Positions 1 to 13,146 of a DNA stretch of 64,000 nt are shown here, piece after piece (positions within the stretch are counted from its first letter, which is position 1; each line of letters opens with the position of its first letter). This DNA comes from Octopus sinensis. Taxonomy: Eukaryota. A program made the position numbers and the translations under genes. The stretch is taken from positions 5,828,001-5,892,000 of the forward strand of contig NC_043001.1 in assembly GCF_006345805.1 (NCBI RefSeq), in the 5' to 3' direction. The notes beneath the pieces were generated by a model. It ran no database searches and had not been told where the DNA came from. It saw only the letters and a program-made list of their open reading frames with translations.

Positions 1-1589
1 ACTCAGCAAATGCAAGCATATGGACAAAATTCTCTTAGCAAACTGGAGGATAACACTCTCTCTAGACTGAGCGGCTGTCTCACAAAATTTTAAAGGGATC
101 TCTTTTGAGCTATTTTGCAACAAGTAGATTAAATATTGCTTCCACGGCCAAAAGAGACGTAACTCTAATTTTCTTATATTCTTCAGTTAATACTTCCCGT
201 TAAAATATTGGCGTCGAACTTCCCATATTCTCTACCTCGTGATTTTTCATATAACATCATCTTGCTTTTCAAATTGAACAAATGAATAGACCAGGAAAGG
301 ATAAATATACGTGTGTATGTATGTGTGCATGCATATGTGTGCGTACCTTTGTGATGATATATTAATTCTCTATCTCTTGGTGTTCCTCTGTATTACTTTA
401 TACAGATTAAAGTCTCTAGCTTCAGAGATATTTCGATTTCTACGTTTTTCCATTATATATATCCTCACTCCTCCCCACACAATCATTTTCTACATATTTC
501 GATGTGACGTTAAATCGATCTCTCTATAATTATGCTTCACTTATGTTTAATCAGATAAACCGAAACACATACTGAAAAACAAAGAATGACCGCCATAATA
601 CTTGTATTTCCTTTCGTTTGTTTTAAATATTGCAGATGATATCATATTCTTTCGAGAAAGTTAGAACCAAGAAATATTTACTTCTTAAAGGTAAACTATG
701 ACATATTTAGTTTGATATTGTTGTATTCTAGCGTAGTTTATTGGCGTATAATATTGTTAAAACATTTGTATTCACGATAGCGTACTGCATATCTGTTGAA
801 TATCAGACTAAACTTATGTCACATGTGTGACTACATTCCACGCTCATAAACACAAAATCTCAACCAGCTCTTGAATATTTTCACAAAGAATTATTATGCA
901 CAGTGGGTGAGAGAGTATATTTTTGAAATTTATGTTGTCTAGACTTTTGTATGAACATTATCAGAGATACATAGCTTATGTATATTACTATAGAATTAAA
1001 TTCACTTGTATAAATCATAGGATAAGATATAACATTATGCCAATCAATGTCATTTTCAGCTAAACTTGAAATCTTGCAGTTTCTATCACTTGCGTTAATC
1101 ACTGTATGATCACCTCAGGAAATGAAGTGTTCTCTTTTAATACCGATATACCTAGAGATGCACATATATTCATACATATTTATATTGTTGCGTGTATCTG
1201 TAATCTAATGTTGCAAATCAAATCTTATAGCTGTATATCTCTCATGTTCTCATAGACAAATCGACTCACACAAATCATCTGTTCTGTTGGTCTTCATACG
1301 CTATATGAATATATGTATTTACAACATAAATTCAAATTTCCCGAGGAAAACAAATCTTATAATATGTAGTAGAGACTCCACAAGGAATAAACTTATCAAT
1401 TGTAATTCTTGTTAAAGTAATGGACATAATAAATTGTGAATTAAATTTATGCCTCTTCTGTTCTGCGTTCAACGAAGGCGCAAGTAAACTTTGACATTAA
1501 TCTTTTGCATCTACAGCTCCACTGAATTATAAGAACCAACGCGAGTATTATAAGCAAGATTTAGATAAAAGTATTGTACACTCGGAGAG

Positions 1590-1820
1590 GATTGCTAAGA
1601 GGTTTGCTTCCGAATCCTATGGTTCCGGGATCGCTCCCACTGTTTTCGGGCAAGTGTTTTCTACCATAATCTCGGACGGACAAAAGCCTCGTGAATTCAC
1701 ATTGTAGACTAAAACTGAAGGATGCCTGTCAAATATATGAATGCATATGTGTGCGTGTGCAAGTGCCCCAGCATGACCGTAGTCAAACGACTGAAGGAAA
1801 GATAAATGTAAAAGAATGAA
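1590..1820 (+). mobile_element. Degenerate copy of tRNA-derived SINE family A
   Basis: Colinear with the 47243 and 51015 copies: ggttccggga, gggcaagtg, aaactgaag..gcctgtc, ccagcatgaccg..agtcaaa.gactgaa. Confidence 0.65.
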
Positions 1821-2356
1821 AGGACAGAGTTGCAGTTTGGCTTAATCGTCAGAAACCTCGTTTCACAGTACACAACTCCCACGTTCGTTCCTAGTGCAAG
1901 TGCCATGTTTTTTGTGCCCCCAAACCGGTCAATGCTGTCACTAGCAGAAACACTTAAACTGTGGGGAAGTCTGTCAGTTAGATTGTCTGCATAATTTAAA
2001 GCATCTGTCCGGTAGCATTGTGCCGCGCTGATCACGTCTCAGAATTACGTTCGAGTTGCAAGTAGCTGTAGAATATACAGAGCTGAAAACTCAAAGATAT
2101 AAATTGTGGCCGAGATTCATTTATTCTAAACTAAACGCGTTTTTAAAGTTTTATATGTGAGATGTTGAATTTCAAATAACGCTATTAACGAAGAATGAAC
2201 TTCTACCCTTCTCTAAATATATGCTCTAATGAAAGTAAAATTACAGCGAAAAGCATGTTGCCAGCAACTTTCAAAAGAGTCTCTCGTCATTCAAAGATTG
2301 ACACAATGATAGGTTGTATTATGACATGCAAATGACTTATGGCATTCTTCAGCTAT

Positions 2357-2830
2357 TTATTACTTCCGCCTTAGCGAAAGCGGGGTATTGTTTTCTGTCG
2401 TGTTTGTAGTTTTGTATGTTTGTCCGTGGACAAGATATCTCCGGATGGATTCGGATGAAACTTTCAGTGAAGATTTGACTCGTGACTGGCACACAATGAT
2501 TAGATTTTGGGATCGATCCGGTACCTGACAAGGATTCTGGATTATTTGTCCTGTTTTTCATAATACTTAATTTTTGAGAACGGTTGGGTTGATTCTTAGT
2601 ATTCTCTTTCGTGAGAGGAATCCAGTTTATTTCAGATATTTTCATTTAAAACATCATCCCTGGCTAACCATTGAGAGGACGTTGGTGTTGCCTCGGGTGT
2701 TTTGCAGCTTGTAATTTTCAGTGTTGTTCATATTGTTCATATCTATTTAATTTTGTGTCAGTTTTTTTTAAACACTGTGATGACTGTTTTGTGCTGTCTT
2801 GCGGCAGTATGTTTGTGCTTTCCATCATTT
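2357..2830 (+). mobile_element. Non-autonomous Helentron/DINE-1-like element
   Basis: 5' ttattacttccgcc-ttagcgaaa-gcggggta stem-loop, a (TTTG/TATG)-like tract, the ggatggattcggatgaaact motif, and a 3' subterminal inverted copy gcggcagta (2801-2809) followed by a T-rich end. Confidence 0.6.
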
Positions 2831-2849
2831 TATGAGGAGAGTTGGCCCA

Positions 2850-4395
2850 ATGGGAAAAAGTAAAAACTATAAATGTTCTATTCAGACCTCAGTGGTTCTG
2901 AGTTCTCTTCTTCCGAAGACGAATTGTTGCAAGTCATTGGGAAAATGAACGAGAACATGAAGGAAGACAGAAAGTTCGCATATGTGGCGAGACGCCAAGA
3001 CAACGAAGTAGACATAGAAAAAATTGCAAACTATCAGAAAATGATGAGTAAGGACGGTTCTAATGTGGAATTGACCCCCTCCGGCAAGAAACAATGAAAG
3101 ACTTAAGAGAAAGAACAATATCGTATAAAACGTACTCGATAAAAGCAGACAAAATTGATATGATAACTACAGGGCAAGCTGAAAAAGCATTGAGGCGAAT
3201 TTGGCAGGACATTGTATACATTCCAAGAGGAACAATATTTGGAAAATTAGAAGCAAGGTTCAAAGGAATTGCTGAGAAGTAAGTAGCGAGAACTATCAAG
3301 GATGGAGAATTAGTGCTTCTACCCACTTACCTGGGAGGTCGTGCAACGAGAGTCAGAGTTGAAGAAATCCACCAGAGATAGATGTAGCCTGGATAGTAGC
3401 CGCTGTTCTCTTGGATTAAGAGGACGACATAACGGTTCTCTAGGCCACAAAAATACATAGTGAAATGTGGAGAGGACAAAGGTTTGAGATGACAATCCAC
3501 GCCTCCGTGGATGTCCTGGAAAACATGATGGAGATTATCAGAGTGGATGAAGTAGCAATGAGAGTGAGGATAGAGGGCAGAATTCCTCGATGCTTTAAAT
3601 GGAGCCTAAAGGGTCATATCAGAGCGAGCTGATAAGAGCGCCAACTAAGAGAACCAGGAGAAGCCCAGGGAGGAACCGGCGAGAGAAGAGGAGAGTTTGC
3701 AATCAGCAACACTGAAGGAAGGTGAGGAAGGTGAGACATAGCAGACAGTAAAAATCAGTAGCGGGAAAAGGAAAGTGATACAGACTTAAAGCCCAAACCC
3801 ACCATCCACACCTTTTCTGCCCCACCCTCCCGCACATGCACCAAACCTAACCACTCCCCTCCGATACAAAACACAAAAAAAATAAGACACATTCACACAC
3901 AAGCCCCCAAACTCCTCCCACTCCCCCCTGGCTAAGGAAAACTGTTGCTTTGCAATTATATGTAATAACTCGAACCGTAAAAGGAAATCTCGAATGATGT
4001 CATGGAAAGATTTAGTAGTGGTAAACAGGCATAAATATGATAATGTGATGGTGTGGTATATACGCTTGTTGATATGGGGGGAACAAAGGGCAAGGGTCGA
4101 AAAATTTAAATATAGATACACTTGCTGTGGGCTAGACATTGACAGGGATAAGTTACCGTTGGCTGTGGATTACATAGACCTCGTAGAGGAATACAACGTG
4201 GAGATAGATAAGGGAATAAAGTTCAAAGGAAGAAAGGTATAGATGAAGGTGGTCGGAGGAGGGGCCGAGTAGCTTCATTCCATTTTTCATTTTCAATTGT
4301 CATTGCATGTTTTCATACGTTGTCCTTTTTGTTTTTTCCTGTTTTGTGACCACACAAGCGACGTATGTTTACCCCTTGAGAGGAATAAAATAATT
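2850..4395 (+). mobile_element. Decayed LINE relic with gag-like ORF1 (L1/Tx1-like), probably internally deleted
   Basis: Purine-rich broken ORFs; 3558-3632 reads MRVRIEGRIPRCFKWSLKGHIRAS*, a CX2CX4HX4C knuckle with Cys to Trp (tgg) and Cys to stop (tga); T-rich tail and aataaa near 4384. Confidence 0.55.
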
Positions 4396-5694
4396 AAGGA
4401 CATTGGTATTGCCCTGGAGGAAGTTTGCGTTCTCTGAATACTCTTGTTTATAAATGAACCTACTGCAAATATTGAACTCACAGAATACACTCACATATCC
4501 TTCAATTCATTACCCGTTTCTTTACGTGTTGCAATAAGTGGCAGTTATAAACCATCTAAAACAGTTAATTATTTGCAACTTTATTATAGCTTGCAAAGTT
4601 ATTTATTCTTTTTATGCACCTTAATATGCATTTTTTTAAAATAGAATAATATTTATTTATCATTATTGGTAGTTCTTTTCTTCTTTTATTTTGTTTTTAG
4701 ATATAAAACTAAATTCATCGTTTCTGTCTGCTAGGTAAATGGAGATATTTGAACTTACCCTACAGAATAAAATATTTAAAAACGTTTAATTACGTAATAT
4801 TTTGGCTGGAATTTCTACTGTTTGCAGCACCAAGCTTTGTCTTTGTTGCATGTTTCAGAATATCACCAAACGTTACTTCGAGTCATATAAACCTGGCATT
4901 AATGATTTATATTGTAGGAGATGCCCGTACCCTCGTCATTAATCGATAATTATATATATAATTATAGCAACAGACGATGTCAAGTGAAAATACTCCGTTT
5001 TGTAAAACACTGAATTTGACCGGATATTCATTTCATGAGATATTTAATGTGCACTGAGGAATGCAATTGCATTCTATTCATAAATGTATGAGTATTGTAC
5101 AGCGATGAATAAAAGTTTATGGGTTTTGTATTATATAAGTCTGAAACCAAATAAATTTATAAAGTAACTTTTTATGTCTGGAATTCAAAGCAAAAGTTTT
5201 GACAGTTACTTCTTCTAAACGTTTACCTATTTCCATTAAAGATGCCGTACGCTACCAGTTTACTCTTAGTACCTTCCCACGGTTTTATTCTGCTTACATT
5301 CTTACTTTTTAAGTGGAAGCGTACATGTCAACGTTACCGGTTCAAGGTATATCAAATACTAAAACCTATTTCTTAATTTCAAGGTTTCGCAACATTTGTC
5401 GCGTTTTGTTTTTTTGGCTCTGAGTTCAGATCCTACCATGGTTGGTAGACTTAGCTTCTCGCCCAACCTCGCACCACCGTACAACAACCATGTGACCCTT
5501 TAGCGGAGAATCCACGCTGTTACCAGTATTCGGAAGATATTTCATGCTTAATAGTATATTCCTCCCACCGAGTAAACTTCCATCCGGACGAAGAAGATAA
5601 AAAAAGCATCTTCAATATTTAACCTTTGAGAATAAACTACCCATAAGCAGCATCCTAATTCAAAAACAAATTGAATCGCTCTGTTATAATATGA

Positions 5695-6069
5695 TACATG
5701 ATGGCAATCCCTCAAGGTTGAGGATGATGGCCTTCGCGCAAATTTACTGGTGAGTCCGTAGGTGACCGATAAGACCAATTCTTGCTTGAAAAGATCGGTC
5801 GCAGTGCGGACATCTAGTGCCGGAAGGGAGAGTCGCACCCGGTTGTTGTTGGCGCTCCTTTCGTCGTCGTCTTTACTCCTCCAGCTCTGCAGACATTTTC
5901 GACTCGAAAGTCGCCGTTCCCTCATGGATCTTCTACTCCCAACTCAAAGAAGACAAGCGTACAAAAGGAGGCCAGAAGAAACGCTACAAGGACTCCTTGG
6001 AAACGAACCTCAAAAAGTGTGACATCGACTTCACTAACTGGGAGGAAACGGCAAAAAAAAAACAGACCA
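5695..6069 (-). mobile_element. RTE-clade LINE 3' fragment with 5' inversion
   Basis: Minus strand from ~5893 encodes RRRRKERQQQPGATLPSGTRCPHCDRSFQARIGLIGHLRTHQ* (RTE C-terminal C2H2) then a short 3' UTR; plus strand ~5895-6069 encodes the upstream IFYSQLKEDKRTKGGQKKRYKDSLETNLKKCDIDFTNWEETA; flanking repeat ctctgttataat(a/g)tga at 5679-5694 and 6070-6085. Confidence 0.88.
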
Positions 6070-6171
6070 CTCTGTTATAATGTGAAGGATATATACAAGA
6101 TAGTAACTTCACGATATTTGCTTTGTGACAGTTTGTTCCCAGATTGGACACTATGAATTGGCTAATATAAT

Positions 6172-6364
6172 CCTTTCTACTAAAGGCACAAGGCCCGAAA
6201 TTCTGGGAGAATGAAATTGTCGATTACAATTACCTCAGTATTCAACTGGTACTTATTTCAGCGATGAAGAAAGGATGAAACATAAATTCGACCTCGACGG
6301 GATTTGGACCCAGAACGTAGTGATGAAGGAAATGTTGCTAGCGATTCTGCCAGCTCCCTACCTT
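6172..6364 (-). mobile_element. SINE family B monomer, diverged
   Basis: Reverse complement shows the head (gagctggcagaatcgctagc), central tttcatcc..aagtaccag domain and tail (tttcgggccttgtgcct..agtagaaagga); degenerate flanking repeat tgaatt...taatataa. Confidence 0.8.
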
Positions 6365-6391
6365 GAATTCTTTAATATAACATTTGAAACG

Positions 6392-6800
6392 AATGCGGCG
6401 AGCTGCCAGAAATGATTAGCTGTATTTTGTTTGCCGCTACGTTCTCAGTTCAAAACCGCCCAGGTGAACTTTGCCTTTCATCATTTCAGGGTCGATAAAT
6501 TAAGTACCAGATACGCACTGGGGTCCATATAATCGACTTAATCCGTTTGTCTGTCCTTGTGGATCTCCTCTGTGTGTAGCCCCCTGTGGGCAGTAAAGAA
6601 ATAAGAAACGTTAGCAGGTGGCGCGAAATGCTTAGCGGTATTTCGTCTCTCTTTACGTTCTGAGATCAAATTCCGCCGAGGTCGGCTTTGCACTCCAACC
6701 ACTCGGGATCGATAAATTAAGTACCAGTTTCGTACTGGGGTCGACCTAATCGACTGCCCCCTTCCCCAAAATTTCGGGGTTTTGTGCCTTGAATAGAAAA
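6392..6800 (+). mobile_element. SINE family B dimer
   Basis: Head gcggcgagctg, two copies of the B-box plus central domain, one spacer (cttaatccgtttgtctgtcc..gtaaagaaata) and one tail. Confidence 0.88.
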
Positions 6801-7586
6801 GCATATAATATTTGAACAAATCATTTTCGATGAAACCTTACACTTTTTATTTTCAAGTTCGTAAAGGAAGGATGTAGTTTTTCTGGAAACAACCTTGTTC
6901 GTTCAAATTTATTTTCAATTCACTTTTTCCGAAGGTGACCTAGTTCTTTAAATAAGTTTTGTTTATTGAAATCATCACATTTTAGTTAATGTTTGCACGA
7001 AGCCTGGAAAATTCTTTTTTTAATTATTTTCCAATTACACATTCATAAATTTTGCAGTCATATTTTAGATGAAAACGATATTTATAAGTGATGTGAATAC
7101 TTTCCAAAAGTGGTGGACTGCTATTTCGTTATTTAAGATACCATGTGTAGAAAATAAATGAGGATATATGAAATCTACTATTAGTTAAAGAAATATCTTA
7201 TGTTTCACTTAGTAAACATATTTCAAAGGAATTTAATACACGAAATATTACACAAAAGCTAATTTCACCTATCAAACCCTACTTACAAATTTCCGTTTAA
7301 TATTGCTTCAGTTTTAGTTACAGAATAGACGAAATATGTTTCTTTTGCTTAAGATTTTTCAGCATGAACTTACATGTATTCTTACCAAAGGTGTACTTCA
7401 TTACAAAATTGTGAGCCTACCTATAGAAATTTAAAATATGCAATCCGTCCTATTGGGCAAGTCTGAGATGTACCGTTTTCAAAGGTAATAAAATTTCTCT
7501 TTATGTAAGTTTAGGGGAATTCGACGAATCGTATTCATGAGTTGCATGTTATGATTAATCGTGAAGAACTATCATCAACATCTGAG

Positions 7587-8167
7587 AAGGCGGCGAGCTG
7601 GCAGAGACGTTAGCACGCCGGGCGAAATGCGTAGCCGTATTTCGCCTGCCGTTACGTTCTCAGTTCAAATTCCGCCCAGGTGGACTTTGCCTTTCATCAA
7701 TTCGGGGTCGATAAATTAAGTATCAGTTACACACTGGAGTCGATGTAAACGACTTAATCCGTTTGTCCATCCTTGTTTGTCCCCTCTGTGCTTAGCCCCT
7801 TGTGGGTAGTAAAGAAATAGTTATTTCGTCTGCCGCTACGTTCTGAGTTCAAATTCCGCCGAGGTCGACTTTGCCTTTCATCCTTTTGAGGTCGATTAAA
7901 TAAGTACCAGTGACGCACCGGGGTTGATATAATCGACTTAATCCGTTTGTCTGTCCTTCTTTGTCCTCTCTGGGTTTAACCCCTTGTAGGTAGTAAAGAA
8001 ATAGAAATTCGTATTTTGTGTCTTTACACTCCGAGTTCAAATTCCACCGAAGTTCACTTTGCCTCTCATCCCTTAGTGGACGATAAATTAAGTACCAGTT
8101 GCGTATTGGGATCGATCTAATCGACAGACCCAAATTTTCGATCATTGTACCTAGAATAGTAAAAAAA
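7587..8167 (+). mobile_element. SINE family B trimer
   Basis: One head, three ~184-bp internal units (junctions near 7820 and 8004), one tail followed by an A run. Confidence 0.9.
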
Positions 8168-9629
8168 TATCATAAAATATGATTCCACCACATAGCTTAC
8201 AACGTAAAGTACCCATGTATGTTGGTAGAGCTGAGATCGTTTCATCTACTTTGAAAAGTCTAAATAATATATTTAAAAGTTTCAAAAGCATGTCGTGAGT
8301 TTTACCACTGTTAAATATTTAATTCTCAAAATAAATAATGAATTGAAAACAAGTGACATCATGACAATCAGATTATATGTAAAATAAAGCAAGCTCTATT
8401 GTTCGTGACTGAGAAAGTTTAATGGTTCATCGCTCTAAGATCCGGTGAGTGTGTAATAGAAAATGTGAAATTAAATGAGTATCACTGGTTGAAGGAGACA
8501 ACAGATCCTAAAATATTGTAAATATCAATCTTGGACGATCGTAAAGTATTGTAAATAACATTCATGGACGATAGGCAATGCATTCTAATCAAGTGGAGAA
8601 AGTATGTGTTTATATGTCAAGCAGCTGATATCGATTAACCTCAGAACATAGTATCCATAAGAGACTGTTTATCCCTCAAGGGGCATTATGACACGCTTTC
8701 TTCAAAGGAATGCCATCACTATATTTATGTAGTGAATACTATGCATATGTCAGAGCATCATTTTCCCTGTGTATTTAAAAATCTCTCTGGAAATAATCTC
8801 GTTCATAGAGTAGACACTTATTAGATCTCAACAGTTTGTATGTATATGGGCTAACATCTACACATCATTGTACTGAATATATTTCTATTAAAATAGGATG
8901 TTCTTCATTGAGACAAAATGGCGTGTTGCTGAACTAATAAAGGCATAATTAGGAGGCCAAATAAAGTCTTAATTAGGAGGCAAAATTTACAGTGAAGTCA
9001 CACCTTACAATTTAATCAGATGTGCCACCTTAGAATAATAAACGACAAATGTAGACACACACACACACACATATACATATATATATATCATACCTATATA
9101 ATTTATACATACATACATATATAAATTTGTATGAATTTTAATATATGTGTGTGCGTTTACATAATTCCTCAGCTACCAAACAATTCGTGCTTATCAATGA
9201 CAATAACATCCGGTTGTAAAAATATTTTTTGAAACAAATCTCAAGTCAGTGACGGGTAAACTGATAAACAAAAAGAAAAGGAAGAAACAAATATTCTCCA
9301 CACACTTCCACAAACACACCATCATATTTTTAATTTGCTGTGCAATAATAAAACTTAATGGACAGTATATTGTTTTATATATTTCTAGTATTTTCTGAAT
9401 TCATTCTTTTTGATATTTATTGTTTTTAATGTGTTAAATATTTCTTATACAATCGATATTATACACCGTTGTTGTCTTACTAAAACATTTAGGTAAACAT
9501 AAAAAGAAAAAAACATATACAATATTTAATTGCTTATTGCTACTAATTTCATCTCATAATTTTTTCAAGAGGTGAGATGCTTTCAAATTCTCATTGAAGT
9601 CAAAATGTGATATCATTCAAATTATATAA

Positions 9630-9643
9630 ATACATACATACAT

Positions 9644-9717
<74 letters not shown>

Positions 9718-9741
9718 CAATATATATATATGTATATACAT

Positions 9742-9809
<68 letters not shown>

Positions 9810-9824
9810 ATATATGTATATATG

Positions 9825-9896
<72 letters not shown>

Positions 9897-9902
9897 ATAT
9901 AT
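9630..9902. repeat. (TA)n compound microsatellite
   Basis: Directly visible dinucleotide tract. Confidence 0.95.
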
Positions 9903-11679
9903 TACGCTAGACTATTTGATTTCATCTGTGTGTAAGAAGTTTAGTTTTTCAAACGGAAATTATTATTCGTAACATCAAAGAAAATGGAACCTTAACAAAG
10001 AATTATACAGGAAATATTTTACCAATTTTATAAGCTAAAATACATAAAAACACTTAAGTATTCACATTTTTATGTACATTGAATTCGATAGCAAGAAAAA
10101 CATTTTGAACAAAACGTGGACGCCGGAAATTGAAGCAATAAGACGAATCGAGTTAAAAACATAAAGTATCCTTGGATGTTGAAACTAGAATCGAAATTCA
10201 GGGGTTATCGGATTGTGTTTGAAAAACTTTCCAGAAATCTCAGGGCTATTAAAAAGGGTGTACAATGGTGTTATTAGTACCGAGTCTCAGCGATACGGAA
10301 ATAGTATTTATAAATACTAACTGTAACATTAATTCCGTAGTAGCTCTAAAAAAATGCTGGAGGATTTCAGAATATAATCATAATATAATAAACTCCAGTC
10401 AACCTAGAAAATAGCATCAGAGACATAGTAACCGTAAATCGGAGTTAAGGATGCTGCATCACCGTACAGGTATAAAGAAGGAGAAGATTTGTGACATGGA
10501 AAGCACAAAGCGAAAAATGAATGAAGAAACGAATTCAATCAGTGTTTTAGTTGGAGAAACGTTAAGAAATATATCGATATCTCGTAGAGTTGTGTTTTCT
10601 CAAAAGAAGTCATAAAGTAGTAGGAAGTTATATTGTTAATGCGCCTCGTGTGAATTACAAATATAGAACTACTGAAAATAGGTGAGGAGAGAAAATTGTT
10701 TGAGCAGAGAATAACAGAGGGTCATTAAAGTATTGCAATGACGTGTGTGCGTGCATCTGTGTGTGTATGTGTGCGTATGTGTGTGTGTGTAGGGAATGTG
10801 CATTTGTGCATGCGTAGGTGTGTATGTACATATATGTATGTAAGTGCCCGCATGTGGAGCTTTGAAGGATTATTGTTGACAGTAACGATATGATATATTG
10901 TCTGTGTGAACCGTAATATGAACAACTAGCTACTGAGCATGTGTTGAAAATTTCTGTAAATTTATAGCGAGAAATGAAAGCGTTGATAGGTCTCCCTAAT
11001 GTGTTGGCTGCCGGAATGTAAAATAGATCCAAACACGTATTTCTAACTTCCCCCATGATATTTTAACAAAATTTAGCAGTATGACATTACTGGATAGACA
11101 AACTTAAAATATAAAGCACATTCCTGATAACTGGCATAAAAATATCATTTGCTAGCATAGATGGTATACTATCGACTATATTAAAGCCTTATAAATCAAT
11201 AATGTGCCCTTATTTTTGCGTTAGCTGTTCATAGATTTATGAAATATTTTCTCTGCAGATATTCACGATAGACGTATACGTACATGGAACGGTGTAACAT
11301 TTTGTGCCGGATCGGAACTGAATAGAAAATCCTTAGCGATGATATTACAGATGAAAGCAATGTGAGGCGAAATGAAAAAAGCATGGCACAATATTAACTT
11401 GTAACAACTGGTAGTTTATTATTGTCGCAAAAGGGAATAATGTTTCCTTGTGATCAATTAAGTTTTACGTATAGGAATATGTTTAATATTTACGTTGATG
11501 TATTCCTTTAAAATTGGTTGGTATTTACAAAGTGGGCTGGAAAATGCGCTAATGAACGTCCAAAATCTCTTAAAATAAGCATATGCCCCAATTACTAAGT
11601 GATCACCGATCACACGGTTTGCATAGACATATTCGAATACGAAAATTCGTAAGTTCGTTGCTATCTCTGAACACTCTCT

Positions 11680-12047
11680 TTCTATTTTACTCTTTTACTT
11701 GTTTCAAGCAAATCGACCCCGGGACTTATTCTTTGTAAACCCAGTACTTATTCTATCGATCTCTTTCGCCCAACCGCTAAGTAACGGGGACGTAAACACA
11801 CCAGCATCGGTTGTAAGCAATGCTAAAGGGACAAACACAGACACACAAACATATGCATACACATACATTTATATATACATATATACGACAGGCTTCTTTC
11901 AGTTTCCGTCTACCAAATCCACTCACAAGGCTTTGGTCGGCCGGGGCTATAGCAGAAGACACTTGACCAAGATGCCACGCAGTGGGACTAAACCCGGAAC
12001 CATGTGACCGGTTAGCAAGCTACTTACCACACAGCCACTCCTGCGCC
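11680..12047 (-). mobile_element. SINE family A (tRNA head, CORE-like domain, internal TA/TG microsatellite)
   Basis: Reverse complement starts ggcgcaggagtggctgtgtggtaag, has ggttccgggtttagtcc and gcatcttggtcaagtgtctt, and ends gaaacaagtaaaagag. Confidence 0.9.
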
Positions 12048-12132
12048 TATATAAGATCTGTAAATATATACTAAAACATTACTAAATTAAACGAGAAACG
12101 TCGTTAACATATTTTTAATATATATTCCTCCC

Positions 12133-12597
12133 AGGGTGGCGAGCTGGTATAATCGTTAGCACACCGAGCGAAATGCTGAGCGGCATTTCGTCTGCCGCTA
12201 CGTTCTGAGTTCAAATTCCGCCGAGGTCGACTTTGCCTTTCATCCTTTCGGTGTCGATTAAATAATTACCAGTTACGCACTGGGGTCGATGTAATCGAAT
12301 TAATTCCTTAGTCTATCCTTCCTTATCTCCTCATTATTTAACCCCATGTCGGCAATAAATAAATAAATATATACTCCGTCTAAGGCGACGAAGTGGCAGA
12401 AACGTTAAGCACGCCGGGCGAAATGCTTAGCGGTGTTTCGTCTGTCTTTATGTTCTGAGTTCAAATTCTACCTAGCTCAACTTTGCCTTTCATACTTGCA
12501 GGTCGATAAATTGATTCCCAGTTGCCTACTTGGGTCGATCTAATGAACTGTCCTCCTCCCCCCAAAATTTCGGGCCTTGTGCTTAGAGTAGAAAGGA
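12133..12597 (+). mobile_element. Two adjacent SINE family B copies (12133-12365 and 12382-12597)
   Basis: Both have heads; the first ends in the spacer, the second in the tail. Confidence 0.88.
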
Positions 12598-12782
12598 ATA
12601 TATCCTTCATTTATCGACTTCTTCTGTGATTCATTTATTTGTCTTTCTACTTTCCTTTCTTTCTTCTGACGAAGAAGTAGCTACTTAATGAACATATTCT
12701 CTCCGTTTTCAGCGATAAACAAATAAACATTTCATATTTCAACTCCAGTGTTTAGTGTCATCTGAGTGATCATTACCAACAT

Positions 12783-12786
<4 letters not shown>

Positions 12787-12869
<83 letters not shown>
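12787..12869. repeat. (CT)n microsatellite
   Basis: Directly visible. Confidence 0.95.
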
Positions 12870-12870
<1 letters not shown>

Positions 12871-12889
12871 AATATATATATGTTTGAGT

Positions 12890-13130
12890 TTGTGTGCGCG
12901 TGTGATTGTGTATGTGCGTTTATTCGTGTCTATGTTTGTCAGGTACCCACACTTGACAACTGTTGTTGGTGAAAAAATATCCCCATAATCAGCGGCTCAG
13001 CAAAATCCCTCTACAATAATTAGCAGAATTTAAGAATTAAGCACTGTGATGATTTCTGTTGAATAAAACTCTTCAATTTGATACGGCAGTATGGATGCAG
13101 TCTAATAACTGAAACATGTAAAGAAATAAC
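12890..13130 (+). mobile_element. Degenerate 3' half of SINE family A
   Basis: cttgacaactg.tgttggtg, cagcggctcagcaaaa and gcagtctaataactgaaacatgtaaag are colinear with 51240-51420. Confidence 0.6.
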
Positions 13131-13146
13131 GATGAAAGACAAAGTA

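Noticed and set aside
1842-2080. Moderately GC-rich block with a 108-aa minus-strand ORF
   Set aside because: No recognisable protein or RNA motif; possibly an unclassified repeat.
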